From: Leptogorgia sarmentosa
Taxonomy: Eukaryota
NCBI GenBank assembly: GCA_964658305.1
Contig: OZ210885.1
Location: 3,286,001 to 3,350,000 of the forward strand
Length of the DNA stretch: 64,000 bases
Direction of reading: 5' to 3'
Shown: positions 38,551 through 51,330 of the stretch, piece by piece
Position numbering within the stretch: the first letter of the stretch is position 1
Layout: each line of letters begins with the position of its first letter
The notes under the pieces: model-generated
Seen by the model: the letters and a program-made list of their open reading frames with translations, nothing else
Database searches by the model: none
Told to the model about the DNA's origin: nothing
Program-made: the position numbers and the translations under genes

Positions 38551-39130
38551 CTAGCAGTGTTTTTACAACCAACTGCAAGTTAAGTAACAGCTCGGTGAAA
38601 ATGAACGGTACAGAGATGAGAAATGGATCTTGGATTTTCTACGAGGAAGGTAAGCGAAAATTATAATTACTGAGGACTCTTTCCACAAAGGTAAACTCGT
38701 AAATAATTATATCAAGATTGGAAAACTTCCTTTTGACAGGATGAATGGTCCCCTATACAAACATATATACATTCATATCGTCAAATAATCAAGATGGTGG
38801 GCAGTTGATTGCTTTACTTCACTAGAAATATTTCACGAATCAAGCAAGAAAATAAAAAAACTCTAACAAGCTATTATAAGTAGCTAATTTTAAACATTCT
38901 TTCTAAAAAAGTTCATTTTTTTTCCTTTAAAGAGTATATAAATATATGTATATATCTAATTTTTGACCGAATACAATTACTTTTTATTGCATGTGTTCCT
39001 TTTATCAATCATAAAAGTTTCGAGTCAAATTACATCAAGCGGGGCGAAATAGAATGCCCTGGCTTGTTCCAATAACCAAAAAGGCACTCTAAATTTTGAC
39101 TTTATTTCTAAGTCATCTTCAGACTTCATT

Positions 39131-39171
39131 CTGTCTGAAGATGACTTTGAAATAAAGTCGAAAATTTACAG
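39131..39171 (+). ncRNA. Putative minimal type I hammerhead ribozyme (Penelope-like remnant)
   Basis: CTGT-CTGAAGA-T-GACTTT-gaaat-AAAGTC-GAA-AATT-T-ACAG: core CUGAnGA and GAAA, 6-bp stem II, palindromic stem III, stem I CTGT/ACAG. Inverted defective copy at 39091-39124. Confidence 0.55.
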
Positions 39172-41240
39172 TATCAAACTACGTCTTGTTTTGAATCATA
39201 TATTGAATTCTCAAGATGTCCTGTATTTTCCGAATTTGTTTTTTTTTAAAAGGCACTCGATTTTGAGCTTTTTAATCATTGTTTCAGGTTTCCGCTGCCT
39301 AAATGTAGGGCAGAGACCTCTAAGTTCACTCGCTCTTTGGTCGGATTCTATCTTCCATATTTGAATTATTTCAGACATTAATGAATGCTCTCAGGATAGC
39401 CACACGTGTCATTTCAATGCAACATGTATCAACACTCCAGGTTCTTACGACTGTCAGTGTAGAAATGGATACACTGGAAATGGTCAATCTTGCACAGGTA
39501 TTGGCATATGATATTTGTGATGAAAATGTAACTAGTTCCAATACCATCATGGAACACGATGTATTATAATTGCAACGTTTTTGAATAACCGAAGCTACCT
39601 TTCTGACGGCATTATCTTAAATCGAGGAAAGGGCTCGTTCATTTTGTCATTATGTTACATATATTGACGAATGTCGGGACAAATCCAATCATTGCGACTC
39701 AAATGCAAACTGCACAAATACTGACGGTTTATACAAATGCAAATGCTCTCAAGGTTATCGAGGCAATGGGAAGAAATGTACAGGTAACTATCTTGACAAT
39801 CTTCAGCGAAGTTTCGCTAAAAATTTGAAACTGAAACTAGGATTTTAATCTTTTTAATTTTTCAGACATTGACGAATGTTCTGAAGGCAGCCATGGCTGT
39901 CACGCTGACGCAACCTGTAACAACACTCAAGGATCATACAACTGCACATGTCCCAGTGGAAAATATTGCCACAACATCAAAGGTGATCTATTTTGTAGTA
40001 AAACGATGTATTTCAGTTTTGTTTGGTGTGACGTGCAGAGTGCTGGTATCGAAATCATTTGGTCGTGTTCATTCTTCTATAAATTTATTGTTTCACGGTA
40101 TTTAAGGCTTTGTTACACAATTGAATCTTACCAGATTTTCCTTATGAATTTTATACAATTCAAACAGCCTTGAATTCACTATATTTGACATCTTGCAACT
40201 GCGTTGCCAGAAACTGCGTTGCAAACTGCGTTACAAGTTGCGAGAAAAATTCCATCGTGTGACAGGGCATTTAAACGCACAAAAATTGCATACAATGATT
40301 AAATTGTCGAGGTGGCTTCTCCACAAGCGGAGATGTTTTCAATCATATCTCCAGTGTATGTTTAATTCCTGCATAGAATGTTAATTTATCCTAAACAATG
40401 GTAATACATCAATAATCAGTAGCGGCGGAAGGTTGATGATTGAAGGGGGGGGACATATTCCTATATTCGTGTTTACAGACCTTGAAAACAATTTATTTCA
40501 ATATAAATTAGCAAAGCAGAACACGAATGCATGAATATGAGCCCCCCCCACCCCGGATTATCGATCTTCCGCCACTACTGTTAAACTAATGTTAAGCTAT
40601 AACGGCTGCAGCTAGAGCTAGTTCTTTTGAAATCAGTTGTTATTCATTTCATTTTAAAAGAAATCCGTCGTATGCCGTCGTACGTAAACATCAACACATG
40701 AACATAAACCTCCCCCCGGCTCAAAGAAAATTAACGCTCTAGCTAGGGCCTTGTCAACTATCCATTCCTATCCGACATTCTTTGATAAAACTTATATTCA
40801 CCTAGATATGTCAGAGATATTGAAAAATGAACCAAACGAAATCGAAAATAAACTGGGAGAATGGTTGCCAAGAACAGGGAATTGGAGTATTTGTTGGAGA
40901 GCAACGCGAGATGGTTGGGCTGCGAGTACATTTCATTCAAGATGTGATGGAAAATCACCAACCTTAACTGTCGTTCAAGTTATCAACAACTGATAAAACA
41001 TATGTTTTCGGTGGTTATACTACTGTGCCGTGGAACACTGACAGTAAGTTTGAATAATTTATTAAGCCACTCCATCATTTCGCCGCCACAGCCAAAAACA
41101 AATGCTATGCTGGGTGCTATTATCTCGCTTTGGAAATATTTTTTGAAATAAAACGCGGAGGCAAATTCTTTGGCTTTTTAAAATAGAACTTGACTGCTCG
41201 AAATATCCTTGTTTATATTTGTGTTTTTTAAAGCCAGTTA

Positions 41241-41686
41241 AGCCGGTTTTCCACTTGCGAATTTTGTCGCACGAAGCGAATTTTTTCGCTCACGCGCATG
41301 CGTGTTCATAAATGTTATGTCGCGATAAAATTCGCCAATCGTTCGCTGCGGCGAAAAAAAGAGTTCGAATGATTCCTACTCGTTCGCATTTTTTCGCGGC
41401 GAAAAAAGTCGCGACTTAAATATATTTCAAAATTGCTCTTCAGTGATATATTCAGCATAGCCAAAATCTTTTCTTACACTTTGTACGTCGATTTTCAAGG
41501 TCGTCGGATCAGCAGCAATCTTAGCAAGTTATTTCGGAGCAAGAAGAGTCGCCTGCGACTCAATGCCGCCATTTTGTTTTGTAGCTTCCGCACGCAGTTA
41601 TGGAAAAGAAAGAGTCATTCGCGCGAACTATTTCGGCAAGCAAAAGTCCGCTTCGCGCGACAAAATTCGCAAGTGGAAAACCGGCT
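41241..41686. mobile_element. PIF/Harbinger-type MITE
   Basis: TIR AGCCGGTTTTCCACTTGCGAATTTTGTCGC (30 bp perfect); 3-bp TSD TTA. Confidence 0.85.
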
Positions 41687-44597
41687 TTACGTTCTTGTTT
41701 TCGGTAAACTTCTGGTTTATTTTGTGTCTGTATTTGGGAAAGTGGAAAGCGTTATCAAACGTAAGGCGTAGTCTAGGTTGCAAGATCGCCGCGATTATTT
41801 GCGATATTAGGGAAAAAATGCGAAAATTCAAGGCGATCATGAGCGTTATTCTTATGCGATCTAATTAACAATTAGATTACGAGCTCGAGATTTCTATGAG
41901 GTGATAGTTGATGAGGGCGAATCATCCTCAGAATTGATGAGGGAACTATCATCTTGTAGAAATAGAGAGCGAGTAATCTAATTGTTCAGAGATCAAACAT
42001 GAAAATATTGCAATAAATAATTTAAAAACGCGTCTCAGTCGAGGAATAGATAGCGAGTAGAGTAGCCAATCAAATTGCAGCATTTGCAATAGTATACTAG
42101 TATGATTCTACTAATAGGCAATATTGGGTGATATTATGTATTAAGGTTTATTTAGGATTATAAAAGAAAGATGCCGACGTCTCTCAATTCAGACCCCCTA
42201 TATTAACTCCAGAATGCTTATTTCTTTGTATGTTATATATGTCGATCATAGGCAATCTTGAGCAATTTTTAGGCGTTCTCAGGCGATTTTAGGCGATCTT
42301 GCACCCTGGAATAGGCCCAACGTAGGCCTCATTATATTTACTATATACATGCAGGATGTATAAAAAAATGGAGTCAAACTGCCATAGTTTCGTTTTGCGC
42401 TCAATTTAAATCTTGTTCTTTCATGCATCTTTCGAACGAGGGCCCGGTTTTAATGCAAATTTTGGGCTAAAACTAATCAAAATAGAATGAGTAGATGATT
42501 AGTTATTAGCATTTCGGAGCGCATTGCATTGTGGCTTTAGTGGTATCACGCATATTTAAGGCAACAGGTTTGATGAAAATAGTCAACAATTCAGCAAAAA
42601 TGTGACTGTTGCCCATCCTATACACCTGACCGTAGCTTTTCTAAGAGATTTTGAAAGTTTCACCGCATAAATGAGTCACTGAATATCAGTGATACCACTA
42701 AAACCACAATGCAACGCGCAAAATATTAATAAGGGGAATCATCTATTAAGTAAGTACAAGCGCTCGTTTTTAGATACTTCAAAATATTAATCTTCAAAGT
42801 CCCTTGCGGACTTAATTTAACGTAGTTTGCGAGCATTCACAATGCTGTTGTTTAAAACTTCAAAACACCATTCATCATGCAACAGCTAACAATTCCGAAA
42901 GGAACATTCATTCTTGAAAACTAGAGCCATATTCACTTGGAAACTTACACTTGTTGTGAAGGACTCCGACTTTTTTTAGACACCCTCCCTACGTCGCTCG
43001 CTGTCCGAGTAATCGCATAATTATATATAGTACGTTCAGAACCATTTTAATAAAGCGATATTTCGTAAGTTTGCGATAAACCAATATTTATTGCGGCCAG
43101 GATTTATTTTTACAGGTGGTTATAGATCTGCTCCAGGATCATTTTTGTTTTCCCTGCGCAATAAGGATAACCTTCCGTCATTCAAAACTCCGCTGAAAAG
43201 CGTGGACAGCGGGCACGCACTTTACTGCCACAGTACACATGCACCAACATTTGGTGGTGGTTACGACTTGTACATTGTCAACGATGCGAAATCAAACACC
43301 AACTCCTACACGAATTTTGGTTGGGCCTACCAAGCTCCATCTGGATACACTTACGGCCAAGCCAACACACGATCCCTCCTGGCAGGAAGCTATCACTTCA
43401 CTCCATCAGAAGTCGAAGTCTTATATCTAAATTAAAAACTTACTTATTGTACTACACCATAAAGTAAATAATTTTACTAATAAGCATGAGAAAATGTAAA
43501 TGCCGTTTAGGAATGGAAACGAATGCTATTGTTGCTGAAACCAATCTTAGTTTGCTAAAATAATGGTTTAATTAATATAGAAGTATTGGTTGGCTTAGAA
43601 AACCATTTGACACTTTAGATCACCAGACTATGTTAAAACTATGGTATTGATTAAATGAGTGTATTGCAGTTATTTAGCAAACACAACAAGTGAGCTCCAA
43701 AATGTAATAAACTCTTAATTAAAAACCTCAAAAGCTGGCTTATTACGAAGCCCTCATGAAATGTTTTTTGGATAGAACTTGCATTCAAAAAAACAATCAT
43801 CGGACTCTCTGCCCAAGCCCAGACGGAGCTAACACCTCGAATCCGCAAGCACGAGAAAATAAAATAAACAAAATTGCTCACAGTACATTTGTTTGGTTGG
43901 TGGAAAACGACTTTTAAAATTATTATCAGGGGCCGGTTGTTCGTAGCCCGTTTAGCCTAAACGCTACACGGATAAGTCCAGAATATCAAGAAAGTCTACG
44001 TGTTCATGGAACATTGAAAATAAAATTCTTCAGTCTGAAAGGAATGTGTAAGCAACTACATATTTAGTGTTCAAACTTTATGTTCAGTTCACAAGACGCA
44101 TGGGAGTGTGATTTAAAATTGATTTAAGCTAATCGGGCATCGAACATCCGGGCCCCAGATAAAAACAGTGACAGTACTAAGAAAACCACAAAGAGATGCA
44201 AAATATCTTTAAAAATACTGAAAAATACTTCTGTTTTATTGCAATATATGAGACTTGTTTTTGTCGCTGTAAATACCCCCTAAAATATCCTTAGCATAAT
44301 AAAATGAACTTTCGTGTGTTCTTTATCGCCTAAATTCGTTTTGAATGTTTTAAAAAGCGGCCATTCAATTTTAAACACAAAAACATTGACTATATTTGTA
44401 TTTACGAGAATGCGAGCGGTCCGTACCGTAGGATACGGACCGCTCGGCAACCAATCAGAAAGCTCTATTTAGGTTACGGACCGGGAGTTACGGACCGGAA
44501 AAAAATAAAAAAAGTTATCAAGAACACTTTGAATGGAAACGTACCTGAGGGGGAGATACGAAACGAAATTTCCACTTTAAAATTGCACTTTGAAATC

Positions 44598-44880
44598 TTA
44601 TGGCATTCTACTCAGCGCATCCACATTCACATGCTTCTCTCCACACTTATGTTCTAATTCGATGTCATATTCCTGAAGGGTTAAACTCCATCGCAATAAT
44701 TTCCTATTCTTGTTTTTAACCTGGTTTAACCAAACTAAAGGGTTATGATCCGTTTGAAGGATAAATTTTCTTCTAAACAAATAATACCTAAATGTCTCAA
44801 CTGCCCAAACTATCGCTAAGCACTCTTTCTCAGTTGTAGACAACTTCATTTCTCTAGGCTGTGACTTCCTACTATGTAAC
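44598..44880 (-). mobile_element. Ty3/Gypsy RNase H fragment
   Basis: STTEKECLAIVWAV..F...TDHNPL.WL..RW.L.LQEYD..H..G..H.NVDALSR, then stop. Confidence 0.85.
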
Positions 44881-45990
44881 TTCCAAGGGGCAAGGGCCAG
44901 TTGTTCAAAGCTAGGTTAAGGCTAATCTTGGGTTAAAATTTAACCCAGTGTTTTAGTTTGTCTATTTCTGCACATCTGTTTACTTGGAAACTTAAAAAAG
45001 GAAAACTCTTAATGATCTAGATACGATTTCTGAAGAAACATTTTTAAATCCATAAACAAATTGTTGGAGAATTTGGGTTGAATTTAAAGTTAACCCAGGA
45101 TTAAACTAACCGGCTTTTGAACAACTGGCCCCAAGGGTATTATCCGCCAAATCGAGCAACTTTCAACTATACTTGGCATTGCCGACCCCTCATAAGAAGA
45201 CCCCAATTACAGAAGAGACCCCCTGCCATATATGGTGCATGTGGCCTTTTATTCTTTCCGGTCCGTAACTCCCGTTCCGTAACCTAAATAGAGCTTTCTG
45301 ATTGGTTGCCGAGCGGTCTGTATCCTACTGTACGGACCGCTCGCATTCTCGTAGATACAAATATAGTTAGTGTTTTTGTTTTTTAACATTGAATGGCTGC
45401 TTTTTAAAACATTCAAAACGAATTTAGGCGATAAAGAACACATGAAAGTTCATTTTTTTTGCTAAGGGATATTTTAGGGGTATTTACAGCGACAAAAACT
45501 CATAAGTATCAACAAAGTCTCATCATCATATGAACAAAACAAAACATTCTCGGCGAAATATTTCGGAGTCTAAAGCGTATTTTAACCACGTTTGTATCGT
45601 GAAACGAACGAGAAAATAAATCATTTTAATAAGTTTACCTTTTTCGTAGTAATGTTGAGTGAAAAAGCGTCAATATTGAAGCAAATGCGTCAATATTGAA
45701 GGTTTTTTTCTCACTTCGTCTTGGCTGTTTAGCAGCCATACTTGCGATAGAGTAGCAAAGTAAACGAACACAACTGATCTCAAATCTAGTTCGCAACACT
45801 GGAATTTCTTATGAGGTTTATTATAGCTTCGAGCAGAAAAAAATAGATAAGTTATTTACCATTTAGGTCGGTCCGTATTGGAAAATATTTTGTCTCGGTC
45901 TCAAAACGTTCCTCGGCCTTCGGCCTCGGGCCGTTTTTGAGACCTCGACAAAATATTTTCCAATACGGACCTCCCAGCCGGTAAATAACA

Positions 45991-48900
45991 CAAGGACGGA
46001 TTTTCTGGGGGGGGTGCGGGGGGGTGCGCCCAGATTTTTTTGCACCCCCCCTAGAAACTTTTGCACCCCCCTAAAAAATTTGCACCCCCCCCCCCCAAAA
46101 AGAAATTAATGCCATAGCTTTTTGTGCACGCTCTCTTCGGAGAAAAACATAATTCATATCGTTCATGACAGTTTACTTGCTGGTGTCGCTCTCTAATTCG
46201 TGTTTAGAGTTCTTCGCCTCTGTTAACGGTTATGTTACGCTCTAGCGCTCACGCGTTACGCTCTAGCGCTTACGTTCTTGTACGTACGGAATGCACATTG
46301 TACAATGGAGAAAAAGAGAAAACAAAGTACTCTTGGAGCTTTTTTCAATAAAAAATCGAAGCAAGAGGAAGGTTAGTTACATAATTATGTTTTTGGCAAT
46401 TCAAAAAAAAGAATTTTACAAGTTTAGCCAAAAATTTAATCTTATTATATTAAAATTTAAAGTAAAAAATATAAATATTCATGTTTTTATATTTTTTTCA
46501 GTAGATGCAGTTGAAAGTGTGGAAAATGAGGGTGCAGCTGAGCTTGAAGGCACAATACAAGAAATGCTGCAAGTATCTGACTGCTCAGACATGGAACTGA
46601 CGGAAGGCAAGTTAGGCATTTAATAAGTTTAGTGTCTCTTGGGTAAGTTGGATTTGGCATTATGAATAATTTACCTCTAATATCATTACAATTTCAGATT
46701 CAGAACAACCCAGTCAACCAAAACTTTTGAAATACCCAGTGAACAAGAGCATTAATCCCAAAACAAAGAAAACAAAGAGTTTCAGTAGCTCTTGGTATAG
46801 TAGGTTTTCGTGGTTAGAGTACAGCGTTGAAAAAGATGCAGCGCTATGTTATTGTTGTCGAAATTTCACTGCTAACAAAGCAAATTCAGCGGGTGCATCA
46901 GCTTTCACAACAACTAGATACAGAAACTGGGCAAATGCTCTTGATAAGGGCAAAGGATTTATGCAACATGAACGATCAGAACTTCACAAAAACAGCTATG
47001 CAAACTGGATGACCTGGCAGAAATTTAAAGAGGGTTCTGAGAAAAACATCATACAAAGGTTGTGTCCTGATAGAAATGCGGTTGCATGTGAGAATAGAGA
47101 GTATCTTAGACATCTGTTCAAGTATGTACTTTGGTTTACAACCAACGAACTTGCTATGCGTGGAGATGATGAGTCCGATGTGTCTAAGAACCCGGGAAAG
47201 TGGATAACCTTTATCAAACTGCAGCTAGAAATGAATCCCACATTTAGAGAATTGCACAATAAAGTTACAAAGTCTAAGAGCACAGATTACACAAGTAAAA
47301 CAAGTGTAAATGGATTCATCGAGATTATAGCAGACAGCGTGCGTAAGGTCATTTGCTCCCAAATAAAGGACGCTGGGATGTTTTCAGCTCTAATTGACGA
47401 AAGCAAAGACACAGCAAAAAGAGAAGAGTTTGCCATAGCTGTTAGATACTTTGCTCATAAGGTAGTCGAACGTTTTTATGACCTCAAGCATTTGGAATCA
47501 TTCGATGCCAGAACAATCATGAACGTTACAAAGGAAATAGTTGAAAACATTATTCAAATTTCAGAAGGATCTATAATTGTTTCATTGGGAGCTGACGGGG
47601 CCAGCGTTATGTCTGGAGAGTTTGGTGGTGTTGCAGAATTATTAAGATCTGAGCATTTCAAGTGGTTGATTTATATCCACTGCACAGCACACCGCATTAA
47701 TCTATTGGTGAACGATCTGATAAAGGACTTCAACCTGGCTGTTGATGTTATAAACACAATCAATTCTTTATATTCATTTCTCAACATACCCAAAGTTAGA
47801 ATGGTCTATGAAAAAATACATCAAGAGCTATTTCCTAAAAGTCAGATAAAGCACTTAGTCCAACAAATTGAGATAAGGTGGGGGTGTAAATTTGAAGCAG
47901 TGGATCTTATGACTGATAAACCCCAGGCAAGTAATTCTTGCTACCCTCGTAAGGGTCACACAAAATCCTGATGTTCACGACCGAAAGCATGTTCAACAAG
48001 CCAGCATATTCTACCATAAACTTATCTCAGGAAAGTTTGTTATTTCCCTCATCACATTGAAAGCATATCTGGCAGAAATGTATTACTTGTCGAAGGAACT
48101 ACAAAGCGAAGAAATAAACTGGACTGATGTACGATATGAGATTGAAAGAGTGAAGCAATCAATTTCCACAATAGACGATGACAAGTTACGTACGGAAGCA
48201 AGCATCTACTCTGAAAAGATTGGGATTCCGTTCAACAATTTGGCTTTGGAACTTCCAATACATGCAACCCGTTCAGCTGCTACAAACAATGCTGTCAGTA
48301 GGACAGAGAAAACGATCCAAGACCTGAATAGCTACATGAAGCAAAAAATCAAAGAGGAGTTCAGGGTACGTTTTGACGAAAAGAACATCGAGATACTGAA
48401 GGCTCTAGAAGCTCTAGATGCCTCAAAAGAAAACTACTTAGACATTGATGCCTTGGACTATTTGATTGACCATTTTGACTGTCTAAATGTAAATCGCTCG
48501 ATATTGGCAATTGAGATTTCTAGGGCAAAAATGGATTTTAGAATGGGGCTTCCAATCAGTGAAAAGAGATCTGAAAACTTAATGAAGTTGATAGGCCTGA
48601 AAAACACCATTGCGACAACAACGGCAACGGTTGAAAGATCATTCTCTGGAATGAACAGAGTATGCTCGAAATTACGATCCAGAACCACAGCAAACCGTTT
48701 GGGGGATTTATTGTGTATATCTCTCAACAAGGACCTGGCCAATGAACTGGATGTAGACGTTTTGATTGATAATTGGGCTGTAAAGTCAAACAGAAGAATC
48801 ATTGTTTAGATTCGTTGTAATTTAATTCATTGATTTGAGAGATTCGTTATCAACTTATCATGTAAATAATGTAATATTCCTTAGTTTAGACATCCGTTGA

Positions 48901-49447
48901 TTCGTTCCTCGTTCATTCTTTAATACAAGAACAGTTTATAGTAATATACGTTTGTGAAATATAAATTATGGTCTTATTAATAGTTAATACCCGAATACTG
49001 TCATATTAAAGAAGTTTATTTTTTTGTGCATGACTTACTTTTTTACAGCGCGCATGTGGCCATGTGTTCGTCTATTACCAGCAGAAAATCTGGCGATTTG
49101 CCACATTCAATCAAAAAGACAAAAACTACAAAAAGAAGCTTCAGTACTCTTAAATTGACTAAGATTTTAAGGATTTAGAAACTGAAGATAGAAATATTGA
49201 TTGATTAGATCAAAATGATGTCCTTTAGTCATTATGATCAATTTGATCATGATATTTCATAATATTTGTGAAAGTAAAAGCAAAATTAACTGCAAAAGTA
49301 AAACTGTAAGCTAAATTTAGCTAACCCCAGAATAATGCGGAAAAACTTGTTTCAGAAGTTCAAAATCAAAAGAATTTCCGGGGGAGCATGCACCCCCCCT
49401 GAATTTTTAGCACCCCCCCCAGAGCAAAATCTGAAAATCCGTCCTTG
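45991..49447 (+). mobile_element. Full-length hAT DNA transposon (ZMYM1/TTF-zinc-finger type)
   Basis: Perfect 15-bp TIR CAAGGACGGATTTTC; 8-bp TSD AAATAACA (45983-45990 and 49448-49455); GGGGGTGC/GCACCCCC subterminal repeats. Confidence 0.93.
46699..48809 (+). pseudogene. hAT transposase with one frameshift near 47926-47935 (short 5' exons probably upstream, ~46290-46610)
   Basis: WLEYS..CYCC TTF finger, FSALIDESKD, GADGASVMSG, IHCTAHRINL, IRW, C-terminal TATVERSFSGMNR dimerisation motif. The second frame (ILATLVRV..KFVISL) runs into ORF 48057-48809. Confidence 0.88.
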
Positions 49448-49492
49448 AAATAACATATATATATATGTCGCTGGCTGTATGCTTGTGTTATA

Positions 49493-50078
49493 CAGGGTGT
49501 CTCAAAAAAAAGGTAATCGAACTTTGGCATGCCATTGTGCGTTAATTACTGGGTGTACGAACGTGATTTTTGCATGGTCATAAAGATCAAGGTCTTAGCA
49601 GTTGAATGACATATTTCTTGTACGATATGGAAGAAAATCAGGCAAATGCGAGCGTGTTGGAAAATCTGGGTGAAAAACGCATTCTTTCACCTCTGTGCCT
49701 AATTAAAGCAGTGCATAACAAAAGAAAAATGCAATTCATCACGAATGTGTCATGGTAACAAAGATTTTATCAGGATTATGAATAATTATGCATAATCAGG
49801 TCGATTGTTGAAGGGAAGGTCGTCGTCTTCGAGTCCCAGAGGGAGTTAATTTTGAATAAGTTTAGCTGCAATTCTCAAAGGTGAAAGAATGCGTTTTTCA
49901 CCGAGATTTTTCAACACGCTCGCATTTGCCTGATTTTCTTCCATATCGTACAAGAAATAGGTCATTCAACTGCTAAGACCTTGATCTTTATGACCATGCA
50001 AAAATCACGTTCGTACACCCAGTAATTAACACACAATGGCATGCCAAAGTTCGATTACCTTTTTTTTGAGACACCCTG
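49493..50078. mobile_element. Tc1/mariner-type foldback MITE (one-arm copy at ~57390-57597)
   Basis: CAGGGTGTCTCAAAAAAAAGGTAATCG ends, ~200-bp inverted arms, TA TSD. Confidence 0.88.
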
Positions 50079-50244
50079 TATGATACAATACAAATATTCA
50101 TACTCCTTCAATGGCAACAATAAGATAGATCAATACAGGAAAATTTTGTTCCGCTGTTTTGTTTCACTTGCTTCAAATCAAATTTTCATGATACTATTAG
50201 ACTTTGGCATGCATCGACGAGAAGCAGCCATATTCTTAGTTGAG

Positions 50245-50527
50245 AGAAGCAGTCAAAATTTGTTAACTGTGCCTAGAGTGCGAACAGAGACATATGGCAA
50301 GAAGTCTTTTTCCTGCGCTGCTCCCAGACTCTGGAACAATCTTCCTGACTCTATTAAGCAATGTTCATCTATCGATGAATTTAAGGCAAAGTTGAAAACA
50401 TATCATTTTAGGATAGCTTTTACTAAGTAACTGTTTGTAGATTTTTAGACTTTTCCTGTAAAAAGCCTTGAGACTTATGTATAATGCGTTTTAAAGAACA
50501 ATTATATTATTATCATTATTATTATTA
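50245..50527 (+). mobile_element. 3' end of a CR1/L2-type LINE with (TAT)n tail
   Basis: LLTVPRVRTETYGKKSFSCAAPRLWNNLP..FKAKLKTY, then a short UTR and ATTATATTATTATCATTATTATTATTA. Confidence 0.8.
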
Positions 50528-50592
50528 GATCAGAGTCTATTGGACGAGGGTAACACTTGACAGTAAGTGTGAACTACTGATACATTCGTGAA

Positions 50593-50814
50593 ATGATAAA
50601 TTCGCCCTTACGACAGAAATTGAATCAGGTTGTCAAAGAAATGACGAAAGAGGATGTGGTTTTGGCACTTCAAAAGGACCTACCGCGAGGGCGATGGCCA
50701 CTTGGAAGAATCATGGAAACCTGTCCTGGGCGACACGGCCACACTAGAGTGGAAAAGGTACAATGTGGGAGTAAAACAATAGTGAGACCAGTTCATCAAT
50801 TGATTCCACTCTAG
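50593..50814 (+). mobile_element. BEL/Pao integrase C-terminal tail fragment
   Basis: DVVL..DLPRGRWPLGRIMETCPGRHGHTRV..IVRPVHQLIPL. Confidence 0.75.
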
Positions 50815-50829
50815 AACTCTTAATGAGAT

Positions 50830-51330
50830 TGAACGATACTAGTTGATAGTTGTTTTTAGTTGTTCGCACCTCATCTGACTGGTTCGGATCAAATTTGGTA
50901 TAATTGTAATTGTTCGTATAGTATTTACTAATGGATGGCAGTTTTGATATCAGTCGATAATTGTCCAATAAATTTCTGGGACCTTTTTATGCAAAGGAGT
51001 GACTTTTGCAATTTTCCAATCTGATGGAACATTTAAAAATTTGAGTTATTGAATTGGTTTACCTGGTATCTTATCAAGACCAGTTGCTTTTGAGGTTACC
51101 AATTTATTAAATGATTTGAAAACTTTTGAGTGACTAATTGTTTGAAATGTATATGAAATATTACAAACTTTGTTGATGTAATGTTCGAAATCGGACATAG
51201 AACCACCAATTCAACTTGAAAGGGTTGAGCTCACATTAACGAAATGGTTGTTGAAACACTCAGTAATTTCAGTTGGTGATGAAATAGTACCTTGATCTGT
51301 TTTAATTTCATTAATTTCATTCAATTGGCC
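50830..51330 (-). mobile_element. Degenerate LINE (CR1/L2) ORF2 fragment
   Basis: TEITECFNNHFVNV, KLVTSKATGLDKIP, NYRLISKLP segments, with frameshifts. Confidence 0.7.

Larger units (their letters stand above)
31476..43435 (+). pseudogene. PAN-3xEGF-TLDc paralogue, copy 3 (pseudogene)
   Basis: Exons 31476-31587, 32640-32763 + 38555-38649 (PAN exon split by the BEL element), 39375-39497, 39661-39783 (acceptor AG>AT), 39866-39982, 40806-41043 (238 vs 240 nt, frameshift giving TGA near 40991), 43116-43435. A PAN Cys is replaced by Arg (HLLRVNA). Confidence 0.88.

Noticed and set aside
33427..38578. Many antisense and alternate-frame ORFs inside the BEL element
   Set aside because: Expected shadows of a long, more GC-rich coding region.
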